Shown in pieces: positions 43,420 through 51,453 of a stretch of DNA of 51,453 nt. Below the pieces are notes generated by a model. The model was not told where the DNA came from and searched no databases. It was given only the letters and a program-made list of their open reading frames with translations. The stretch is taken from the IMG/VR virus record IMGVR_UViG_3300032327_000831, positions 1 to 51,453 of that record. One strand, 5' to 3'. This DNA is from a virus. Taxonomy: Duplodnaviria > Caudoviricetes. The position numbers and the translations under genes were made by a program. How positions within the stretch are numbered: the first letter of the stretch is position 1; the number at the start of each line of letters is the position of its first letter.

Positions 43420-44478
43420 ATGGCTATCCAAAACTACGGCACCGTAGCGTCGCGTAACTTAATCCGCGCCGCCCAGGGCATGCTGGAACACGCACAACCC
43501 ATCACCGTTCTCGGTGATTTCGGCACTCAACGCGAGATGCCTCAGAACTCGACAGACACCCTGGTGTTCCGTCGTACTCTGCCGTTCGGCGCTACGGCTG
43601 CCGGAACCACGATTGAGAACAGCACTCGCTACGTGGGCACCCCTGACATCACCGCATCCAACTTTGTGTTGGCCGAGGGTGTTACCCCCAACTCAAACAC
43701 GATCTCCTTCCAGGACGTGACTGTGCAGCTCCAGCAGTACGGCGTGCTGTTCAAGTACAGCTCGAAAACCGAGCAACTGTACGAAGACGACATTCCCGGC
43801 GAGATGGTCAAGCTGACCGGCGAGACCCTGGCCGAGGTGATGGAATTGGTTCGCTACGGCGTGCTGAAGGCTGGCTCCACTGTGGTTTACACGAACGGCT
43901 CCAGCCGCTCGGCGATCAACAGCGCGATCAGCTTGAACAGCCTTCGTAAAGCAGCTCGCACTTTGGAATCCAACCGTGCCCGCCGCGTTACCAGCCGCCT
44001 GGCTCCTGGCGTGAACTTTGGCACCCGTGCCGTGCAGCCCGCCTACGTGGTGTTCTGCCACACTGACGCAGTGTCTGACGTGCGTAACCTGCCGGGCTTC
44101 ACCCGGGTGGAAGAGTACGGCTCTTTCAAGCCAATCCATGACCGTGAGGTCGGTGCTTGCGAAGACTTCCGCTTCATCAGCTCGCCACTGTTGAAGTCGT
44201 TCTTGGCTGCCGGTTCCAGCACCCTCAACGGCATGTTGTCTGTTGGCGGGTCCAACGTGGACGTGTACCCCTTCATCATCATCGGTGAAGATTGCTGGGG
44301 CCAGGTTGCGCTCAAAGGCATGTCGGCTATCAAGCCGGTTGTGCTTAAAGCCAGTCAGACCAACCACGCCAACCCGCTGGGCCAATTTGGCTACGTGGGC
44401 GCGTCTACTTGGTTTGCCACGGTTCGTTTGAACGACGCCTTCATGGCTCGTATTGAAGCCGGTGTGACCACTCTGTAA
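43420..44478 (+). CDS. Major capsid protein, N4 gp56 family
   Basis: MP.NS.DT..FRR, LAEGVTP, LQQYG, CHTD, E.YG.....E.GA...RF, NPLGQ.GYVG, LND..MARIE. Confidence 0.92.
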   Translation: MAIQNYGTVASRNLIRAAQGMLEHAQPITVLGDFGTQREMPQNSTDTLVFRRTLPFGATAAGTTIENSTRYVGTPDITASNFVLAEGVTPNSNTISFQDVTVQLQQYGVLFKYSSKTEQLYEDDIPGEMVKLTGETLAEVMELVRYGVLKAGSTVVYTNGSSRSAINSAISLNSLRKAARTLESNRARRVTSRLAPGVNFGTRAVQPAYVVFCHTDAVSDVRNLPGFTRVEEYGSFKPIHDREVGACEDFRFISSPLLKSFLAAGSSTLNGMLSVGGSNVDVYPFIIIGEDCWGQVALKGMSAIKPVVLKASQTNHANPLGQFGYVGASTWFATVRLNDAFMARIEAGVTTL

Positions 44479-44484
44479 TGGCTA

Positions 44485-44510
44485 GGGGCCAGGGCAACCT
44501 GGCCCCGTTT
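44485..44510 (+). terminator. GNRA hairpin after capsid gene (weak terminator or stabiliser)
   Basis: ggggccagg-gcaa-cctggcccc-gttt. Confidence 0.55.
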
Positions 44511-44527
44511 ACCAAAAGGAAAACTTT

Positions 44528-45028
44528 ATGAGCAATCCTGCTTTCTACAGCCTGGTCAATGACGGTCGCCTTACCGGCAACGTTATCGGCGCAGTGCTTG
44601 GCGGCTCTACCGTTGTCTCGTCTGCCAGCTCGCTGGTTTTTGACCGAGACAACTACGCTGGCCGGACCGTCGTAATTAACGCTGCCGCTGGCTGCGCAAT
44701 TACGCTGCCCGCCGCTACTGGCTCCGGTTCTGTGTATCGGATTATTCTCGGAACAACTGTTACGTCCAACAGCACCACCATCAAAGTCGCCAATGCGGTT
44801 GACTCGATGATTGGCCGGGCGTTTGTTATTTCTGACAATGCCGCCGCAGTGCTGGGCTACGCCGCAGCTACATCTGATGACACCATCACGCTGAACGGCA
44901 GCACTACGGGGGGCTTTGTTGGTGACCATATCATGATCATCGACGCAGCTCCCGCCGTGTTTTACGCGCAAGTGCTCGGCCGTGGTACTGGCACAGAAGC
45001 AACGCCGTTCTCGGCAACAGTCTCTTAA
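44528..45028 (+). CDS. Probable capsid decoration protein
   Basis: Follows capsid gene; ITLPAATGSG, DTITLNGSTTGG, ATPFS. Confidence 0.6.
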   Translation: MSNPAFYSLVNDGRLTGNVIGAVLGGSTVVSSASSLVFDRDNYAGRTVVINAAAGCAITLPAATGSGSVYRIILGTTVTSNSTTIKVANAVDSMIGRAFVISDNAAAVLGYAAATSDDTITLNGSTTGGFVGDHIMIIDAAPAVFYAQVLGRGTGTEATPFSATVS

Positions 45029-45048
45029 TTTTTGAAAGGAATTTCACC

Positions 45049-45486
45049 ATGTCTTACAACATTGAACAATCGAATAGCGGCTACCTGTCGCTGACCGCCG
45101 CTGGCTTGGCTGAAGGCACAAACGCCAACACGTTCAAGACCGCCAACACGTTGACGTTCACGAACAACGGGGTGTTCAAATCCAAAGCCGCAACTGACAA
45201 CCTGACTTTTAGCACCGGCACCGCTTTGGGCAATAGCCAGGCTTGTCTGTTTGCAGTTTGGATCACCACCGGTGGCGCCTTCACAACCACGCAAGGTCCA
45301 ATCCAAGCCGCTGGCGATCCTTGCCCCGTACCTAGCCAGGTTACCGCCAACACCACGTTGGTTGGTCTGATCAAGGTCACTACCAGCTCTGCCGCCACGT
45401 TTACCCCCGGCAGCACCGATCTGAGCGCCACCGGCATTACCGGCGCTTACTTCGACTGCATGGACATGCCCGGCGCGGCTTTGTAA
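45049..45486 (+). CDS. Probable capsid-associated structural protein
   Basis: T/A/G-rich beta protein, 145 aa, strong SD. Confidence 0.55.
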   Translation: MSYNIEQSNSGYLSLTAAGLAEGTNANTFKTANTLTFTNNGVFKSKAATDNLTFSTGTALGNSQACLFAVWITTGGAFTTTQGPIQAAGDPCPVPSQVTANTTLVGLIKVTTSSAATFTPGSTDLSATGITGAYFDCMDMPGAAL

Positions 45487-45520
45487 TCTGTTGCCATCCT
45501 CTTCTTAGCGGAAGAGTTTT

Positions 45521-45549
45521 GCTGGGGGCTTTCGGGTCCCCAGCTTTTT
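45521..45549 (+). terminator. Intrinsic terminator
   Basis: gctgggggct-ttcg-ggtccccagc-ttttt. Confidence 0.8.
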
Positions 45550-45583
45550 GGCATCCCCAATTTTTAACCCCTGGAGTATCAAG

Positions 45584-46012
45584 ATGGCAACGACAAAAAA
45601 ACAAACGGTCCAAGGAATTGAAATCATGGACGACACCCCCGAAATTGAAACGGTGGCCGAGTCCAAAGATTTTGGAAAGCTCGTCAGCGACGAAGCCTTT
45701 ATGAACGAACTCGTCACGGTGATGGTCCACACGACCACAGACGAAAACCAGCCCAACCACTGCGTGGTGAGCTGCAACGGGCTGAACCAGCCACTCATGC
45801 GCGGTTTCCCCACCACGGTAAAGCGCAAGTACGTGGAAATCTTGGCTCGCATGAAAGAGACCAAGTACACCCAGGTAACGCGCAATCCGTCCGCGCCTGA
45901 CCAGATCGACATGGTCGCCCGCCACGGCTTGTGCTATCCCTTTGATCTGGTCAAAGATGACAACCCTCGCGGCCGCGCTTGGCTGCAAAACGTTTTGGCA
46001 GAACCAGCCTAA
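45584..46012 (+). CDS. Conserved hypothetical morphogenesis protein
   Basis: GGAG SD; FMNE.V.V...V..NG.....RG....V.RKYVE.LAR...YPF. Confidence 0.6.
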   Translation: MATTKKQTVQGIEIMDDTPEIETVAESKDFGKLVSDEAFMNELVTVMVHTTTDENQPNHCVVSCNGLNQPLMRGFPTTVKRKYVEILARMKETKYTQVTRNPSAPDQIDMVARHGLCYPFDLVKDDNPRGRAWLQNVLAEPA

Positions 46013-46027
46013 GACTGAAGGCCCCGC

Positions 46028-46705
46028 ATGAACTTGCTTCAACTTGTCAACCAAGCGCGCGTTGAGTGCGGTGTGTCAGGGCCTGCCCTGACCACCACCG
46101 TAAACCAAACCGGTGAATCGGCGCGCATGGTGTCCTGGGTGGTCCAAGCCTGGGTCGACATCCAGACAAGCAAAGAGGACTGGCTGTTTATGCGGGAGTC
46201 TTTTGACTTTCAAACCACCGATGGCGTTTGGGAGTATTCCCCAACTGCCGCCGGGTTGACGGATTTCGGCAACTGGAAACGAGATAGCTTCCGGTGCGCC
46301 AGCGATTTGACGCTCTACCGAGACGAACAACTTCTAAACTACATGGAGTGGACAACGTTCCGCAACCTGTACCGTTATGCCAACATGCGCAACACCAAGG
46401 CTCGCCCTGTGGTGGTGTCCATCATGCCAAACAAGGACTTGGCTTTTGGCTCAACACCTGACGGCGTTTACGTAATTGACGGCGAGTATTACACCCAACC
46501 GGTTACCCTGGCTGCGGATACTGACACGCCGCTACTTCCCGCACGTTATCACATGGCAATTGTCTACCGGTCCATGATGTATTACGCTGGGTATGAGGCC
46601 GCACCGGAGGTTTTATCTCGCGGCGACTTTGAGTACAGACGCCTGTATTCAAGAATGGAAATTGACCAGCTCCCGACCATTGTCAGTGGTCCACCATTAG
46701 CGTAA
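46028..46705 (+). CDS. Head-tail adaptor (tail tubular A-like)
   Basis: MNLLQLVN, AW.DIQ...W.F, PDGVY, DTP.LP.RYH.AIVY; position before nozzle. Confidence 0.75.
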   Translation: MNLLQLVNQARVECGVSGPALTTTVNQTGESARMVSWVVQAWVDIQTSKEDWLFMRESFDFQTTDGVWEYSPTAAGLTDFGNWKRDSFRCASDLTLYRDEQLLNYMEWTTFRNLYRYANMRNTKARPVVVSIMPNKDLAFGSTPDGVYVIDGEYYTQPVTLAADTDTPLLPARYHMAIVYRSMMYYAGYEAAPEVLSRGDFEYRRLYSRMEIDQLPTIVSGPPLA

Positions 46706-46714
46706 AGCACCGAC

Positions 46715-48769
46715 ATGGCAAACCAACAGATGGCCCCGGTTCGTTACGACCTTATCCGAATGGCGGGCGGTCTTGATCTCGTTACGCCAACTTTGTCTTT
46801 GCCCCCGGGCTTCGCACGCGATGCTGTAAATTTTGAAGCCTCCATAACCGGAGGCTACACGCGAATTGCTGGGTACGAACGTTTTGATGGCCGACCTAAC
46901 CCTTCGGACGCGGCTTACGGTATTCTGACGGTAACCTTGTCGGCCAGCATCGTCGTTGGTGACACTATTGTCGGCGGCACCTCCGCCGCAACCGGTGTGG
47001 TAATTGTTTCCTCTGGCGACCAAATAGTTTACACAAAAGGAACCGGGACGTTCCAGATCGGTGAAGACATCAAAGTTGGTGGTGTGACAAAAGGCGTGCT
47101 TTCCGGATCAGGCGGAAACATTGCGTCTGACAGCAAAGCCGCAGCCGAATACTTGAACCTAGCGGCTGACGTTTATCGCGCCGACATCACGGTCGTACCC
47201 GGCAGCGGCCCCATTCGCGGAGTCGCGTATTACAACAATGTGGTTTATGCCTGGCGCAACAACGCTGGCGGCACGGCCATGGCCATCTACAAGTCCACCA
47301 CCGGAGGGTGGACCTCGGTTCCTTTGGGCTATGAGCTTGGCTTTAACACCGGCACAAACGAACTGGCTGAAGGCAACACTATCACAGGACAGACCAGTGG
47401 GGCCACAGGCACGGTTAAACGAGTTCTCCTAGCCTCGGGTACGTATTCAGGCAGTAATGCCGCAGGCACCCTTATTTTTGCGTCGATCACCGGGACATTT
47501 CAGGCCGGTGAAAATTTAAGGATCGGCGCTACTACATACGCCAAGGCTGCCGCCGCGCAAACCGCCATTACTTTGGCTCCAAACGGCACGGTTGAAACCA
47601 CGTTTGGAAATTTTGGCGGCAACGCCAATCAGACGCGGCTTTACGGGTGCGATGGGGTCAACAACGGGTTTGAGTTTGACGGCACCGTTTACGCACCCAT
47701 CCACACCGGCATGACTCCGACAGACATTCCGACCAGGGTAGCGTTCCACAAGCAACATTTGTTTTTTGCTTTTGGTGAATCGGTTCAATTTTCGGGCCTT
47801 GGGCTGCCGTATTCCTGGAGCCCAATCGTCGGAGCCGGTGAGATAGCCCTGACCAACAAAGTGACCAATTTTTTGGTCCAGCCAGGTAACCAGTCAACCG
47901 GCGCCATGGCGGTATACACCGATAGCGACACTTACATTTTGTACGGCACAAGCGTGGACAACTGGAATTTGGTGTCATACAACGTTGGCACTGGGGCCAA
48001 GCCCTACACCGCGCAAAACATGGCGCAAAGCTACGTGTTTGACGACCGGGGCGTAATCAACTTGCAAACCACGTTGAATTACGGCAACTTTGATTCTGCG
48101 GCCATCACCCTAAACATCCGCCCGTTTGTTCAACAACGACGCAACTTGGCAACCGGTAGCAGCTTGAATCGCGAAAAAGCGCAGTACCGTGTCTTTTTTA
48201 GCGACAGCTATGCGCTGTACTTGACGATTTCCAACAACAAGCTGCTGGGTGCCATGCCGGTCCAGTTTCCCAACGCGGTCACCGTTGCCTGCGCAGGCGA
48301 GTCGCCCGATGGGGCGGAGACTTCATTCTTTGGATCAACCAATGGTTACGTGTACCGACTTGACGCGGGTACGTCTTTTGATGGCGCCGAGATTTCGGCT
48401 AACTTGGTGTTGGTCTTTAACGCTATTAAAAGCCCTCGAATTTTGAAAAGGTATCGCAAAGGTTCTTTGGAAATAACGGGCACCAGCTATGCTGAATTCA
48501 TTTTTAGCTACGACCTGGGTTACTCTACAACTGACATTGGCCAACATACCGGGTCTATCTATTCCAGCAATTTGGTGGCCAGTTTTTGGGACCAGGTGAA
48601 CTGGGACAACTTTGTTTGGGACGGTCGCACTTTAGCGCCGTCTGAAGTCGAAATTGTTGGCACGGCCGAAAACATCGCTGTGCGCATAGCTTCAATTTCA
48701 GACATCTACGCCCCGTTTACGATCAACTCAACCATCTTGCACTACAGCATGCGCAGAGGACTTCGATGA
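46715..48769 (+). CDS. Tail nozzle (tail tubular B-like) protein
   Basis: GGLDL..P......N......GGY.RI.GY start; 684-aa beta-rich protein between adaptor and fibre. Confidence 0.75.
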   Translation: MANQQMAPVRYDLIRMAGGLDLVTPTLSLPPGFARDAVNFEASITGGYTRIAGYERFDGRPNPSDAAYGILTVTLSASIVVGDTIVGGTSAATGVVIVSSGDQIVYTKGTGTFQIGEDIKVGGVTKGVLSGSGGNIASDSKAAAEYLNLAADVYRADITVVPGSGPIRGVAYYNNVVYAWRNNAGGTAMAIYKSTTGGWTSVPLGYELGFNTGTNELAEGNTITGQTSGATGTVKRVLLASGTYSGSNAAGTLIFASITGTFQAGENLRIGATTYAKAAAAQTAITLAPNGTVETTFGNFGGNANQTRLYGCDGVNNGFEFDGTVYAPIHTGMTPTDIPTRVAFHKQHLFFAFGESVQFSGLGLPYSWSPIVGAGEIALTNKVTNFLVQPGNQSTGAMAVYTDSDTYILYGTSVDNWNLVSYNVGTGAKPYTAQNMAQSYVFDDRGVINLQTTLNYGNFDSAAITLNIRPFVQQRRNLATGSSLNREKAQYRVFFSDSYALYLTISNNKLLGAMPVQFPNAVTVACAGESPDGAETSFFGSTNGYVYRLDAGTSFDGAEISANLVLVFNAIKSPRILKRYRKGSLEITGTSYAEFIFSYDLGYSTTDIGQHTGSIYSSNLVASFWDQVNWDNFVWDGRTLAPSEVEIVGTAENIAVRIASISDIYAPFTINSTILHYSMRRGLR

Positions 48770-51357
48770 GCAATTCTTTCTACAACCATGGCTTTTTTCC
48801 CTCTACTGGCTCCGCAGCCACGTCAGCGACAATGCGCGCCGAGCTGGACCTGGTTTCGGCTGGATTTGACAAAATGCCGACGTTATCTGGAAATGCAAAC
48901 GCCGTTATCGTCGTCAATGGCTCTGGGACTGGCCTCACTGCGACAAACGTTTTACCGATTACTTCAGGCGGCACAGGAAAAGCCTCCGCACCAGCAGCAC
49001 AAGCTAACTTGTTGGGATATACGACTACTGTAACTGGAAGCACAGCTGGTACTACGACACTTACAAATACAAGTAGTTTTTATCAACTGTTTACGGGCTC
49101 ACTTGCGCAAACGGTTGTGCTTCCAGATACATCTACTTTGCAACTCGGATGGTCTTTTAGAATAAATAATAGCTCAACTGATGTATTGACTATTAATAGC
49201 TCAGGCGGAAGTCTAGTTAGGACCCTAGTTGCTGGTGCAACTTTAATGTGTACTTGTATCGATACCACGGCTGTTGGCGTTACTGGTTGGAGAGTTGGAA
49301 TTACTGAAGTAGGAAGCTCCACCGGTTCCGCCAACCTGGTACTCAGTAACAGCCCAACAATTACCGGTACCCTTAGTTTTACTGGGGGCGCTGGAAATAC
49401 ATCAAATTTTCATACTACGCAAACTACCGGAGTTATGACAATTGGTGGCACTTTAGGTACAGGCCAGATAATTTTTGGTCGATCAACAGTAAGCCAGCAA
49501 ACGGATATTCAAGCCGGTATAACGTCCACCGGCAACACAAAAACAATCAACATTGGTACAGGCGGCGCGTCAGGCTCAACCACCAACATCACACTTGGAT
49601 CGTCTACGTCTGGTGCAACGAGCGCAACCACGTTAAACGGCGCAGTAACTTGTGCCAAGGATGCCACTATTAACGGCGTAACTGTCGGACTGGGCGCTGG
49701 TGCTGTTACTAGTAATGTCGCCGTGGGCGTTTCCGCCTTACAGGCCAATACTTCAGGAACTTCAACTACTGCCGTGGGGACCCAAGCTGCCTATAGCAGC
49801 CAAACCGGGGTAGACAACACTGCTATCGGGTATCAATCCGCTTTCTTTAATGTGTCGGGTACGCGAGTTACTGCGGTTGGGCACAGAGCCGGATTGAATA
49901 CTACCGGTAGCTACAATACTTTTGTCGGAGCGTATTCTGGGGTAACCAATGGGTCTGGCACAAATAACACGTTTGTAGGGGACTTTTCTGGAAATCTAAC
50001 AACCGGTGGCTCCAATACTTTTGTTGGTCAAGGTTCGGGGCAGACGACTTCTTCCGGAGTACAAAATGCCTTCTTCGGATACAACTCTGGGTATGGGGTT
50101 ACTACAGGCAGCAATAACGTAATCGTCGGGGCTTACACCGGTGCTGCCGCACCTATTTCGGCGACAGGCAGCAACTGGATCGTTCTCAGCGACGGCGCGG
50201 GTAACGTGCGTCAGACTATCGACTCCAGCGGGAACGTAGGTGTTGGCGTTACTCCTAGTGCTTGGGGTGGAACAGGCGTTAAGGCTTTAGATGTGGCCGC
50301 TGCTACATCTTTAGCTGGTTCTGCGGGTTCTGCCGATATGTATTGCAACACATACTTTAACGGTACTAACTTTGTTTTTAAAGCTAGTGGTTATGCGGGG
50401 CGCTACTCGCAAAACGTGGGCGTTGGATACCATGCTTGGTACGTATCAAATAATGGAACTGCTGGTGGAACTCCTGCTTTTACCCAAGCAATGACGCTTG
50501 ATGCTAGTGGGAATTTGATGGTGGGGAATACGACAGCGGGAGGTCGGTTAACAGTTCAAGGGAATGTTTCAACAAGCGCAACAATTACCAACATTAGTCA
50601 ACTTAACGGTGGGATTCGATATAACGGAAACGCCGGTGTTTACGAAACAGAATCCGGTTTAACATTTCAAGCAGGCAACGCTGGTGGCGGGGCAGCGGTT
50701 ACATTGCGACGCGGCGGCTCTTATGAAACTTCACTAGATTTTTACATTAATAACGTAAGTACCGCAGGAGCTTGCGCTAGGGCAATGACGCTCGATTATG
50801 AAGGTAGCTTGCTATTGGGAACGGCGACTAGCGCAGCAAGTAATAGTAATTCTTTGTTGTTTTCCCCATCAAGTAAACAAATGGCAGTCCAACATGCCAC
50901 AGGAACAACAACCGGAACCAACTACATTAACTTTCTTTACGCCGCTGCTGGCATTGGCTCCATAACGCAAAACGGCACAACGGGTGTTCTGTACAACCTG
51001 ACTTCTGACTACCGTCTGAAAAATAATCAAGAGGCCTTGACAGGCGCTAAAGATTTCATCATGGCTTTAAAGCCTAAGAAATGGCAATGGTGGGATGGTT
51101 CGGGTGAAGGCGTTGGCTTTGTAGCCCATGAATTTATGGAAGTCGCTAAGCACTCAGGTCACGGCGAGAAAGACGCTGTTGAAACGATTGAGATCAAAGA
51201 TGACGACGGAAACATTACAGGAACTAAAGAGCGCCCTATTTATCAATCTATCCAGCCATCCAGTTCAGAGGTAATGGCTAACCTTGTTTCGTTTATTCAA
51301 GAACAGCAAGCCCTAATCACATCTCTCATTGCCCGTCTTGACTCTGCTGGACTGTAA
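48766..51357 (+). CDS. Tail fibre with C-terminal peptidase S74 intramolecular chaperone
   Basis: NT.VG..AG repeats, GN.GVG motifs, TSDYRLKNN...GFVAHE and terminal coiled coil. Confidence 0.88.
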   Translation: MSNSFYNHGFFPSTGSAATSATMRAELDLVSAGFDKMPTLSGNANAVIVVNGSGTGLTATNVLPITSGGTGKASAPAAQANLLGYTTTVTGSTAGTTTLTNTSSFYQLFTGSLAQTVVLPDTSTLQLGWSFRINNSSTDVLTINSSGGSLVRTLVAGATLMCTCIDTTAVGVTGWRVGITEVGSSTGSANLVLSNSPTITGTLSFTGGAGNTSNFHTTQTTGVMTIGGTLGTGQIIFGRSTVSQQTDIQAGITSTGNTKTINIGTGGASGSTTNITLGSSTSGATSATTLNGAVTCAKDATINGVTVGLGAGAVTSNVAVGVSALQANTSGTSTTAVGTQAAYSSQTGVDNTAIGYQSAFFNVSGTRVTAVGHRAGLNTTGSYNTFVGAYSGVTNGSGTNNTFVGDFSGNLTTGGSNTFVGQGSGQTTSSGVQNAFFGYNSGYGVTTGSNNVIVGAYTGAAAPISATGSNWIVLSDGAGNVRQTIDSSGNVGVGVTPSAWGGTGVKALDVAAATSLAGSAGSADMYCNTYFNGTNFVFKASGYAGRYSQNVGVGYHAWYVSNNGTAGGTPAFTQAMTLDASGNLMVGNTTAGGRLTVQGNVSTSATITNISQLNGGIRYNGNAGVYETESGLTFQAGNAGGGAAVTLRRGGSYETSLDFYINNVSTAGACARAMTLDYEGSLLLGTATSAASNSNSLLFSPSSKQMAVQHATGTTTGTNYINFLYAAAGIGSITQNGTTGVLYNLTSDYRLKNNQEALTGAKDFIMALKPKKWQWWDGSGEGVGFVAHEFMEVAKHSGHGEKDAVETIEIKDDDGNITGTKERPIYQSIQPSSSEVMANLVSFIQEQQALITSLIARLDSAGL

Positions 51358-51359
51358 TT

Positions 51360-51453
51360 ATGACCACTTTCACCACAACCATCGCTGAGATGCTCACACT
51401 ACCCCAAATCAATGGGAGAACTGATGCAGTTGTAAATGTAGTTTACGTTGTCA
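51360..51453 (+). CDS. 3'-truncated fibre-associated protein
   Basis: MTTFTTTIAEMLTLPQINGRTDAVVNVVYVV, open to window end. Confidence 0.55.
   Translation, partial: MTTFTTTIAEMLTLPQINGRTDAVVNVVYVV

Overview
Most of a lytic, podovirus-like tailed phage genome, circularly permuted; both ends of the window cut genes. Gene content and a fairly high GC content suggest an aquatic proteobacterial host (inference). Layout: (1) 1-14880 (+): ejection/internal virion proteins, a GNAT, two giant polyvalent proteins separated by a ferritin gene, and an HTH-metallophosphoesterase. (2) 14988-20454 (-): APSE-type replication module (family A DNA polymerase, DUF2815 SSB, DUF2800 nuclease, DUF3310) plus a very acidic small protein. 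(3) 20609-27687 (+): small accessory ORFs bracketed by a 24-bp promoter-hairpin repeat, primase-helicase, candidate origin, VRR-NUC, SNF2 helicase and a Q-like Zn-finger protein. (4) 27674-31483 (-): early genes (including DUF932) behind two sigma70 promoters that first transcribe related, covarying structured RNAs of about 370 and 200 nt. (5) 31604-51453 (+): late genes (small proteins, terminase, Q-rich repeat protein, portal, first fibre module, scaffold, N4-gp56-type capsid, adaptor, nozzle, S74-chaperoned fibre). I saw no integrase, lysis gene, tRNA, CRISPR array or reverse transcriptase. Best leads: the duplicated structured early RNAs with a thrice-repeated terminator-like element; a C-terminal tag G[IL][ILVA]x[KRG]x[MI] shared by six unrelated late proteins; and a ferritin embedded in the ejected-protein operon. 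All family calls come from reading motifs by eye, not from database searches.
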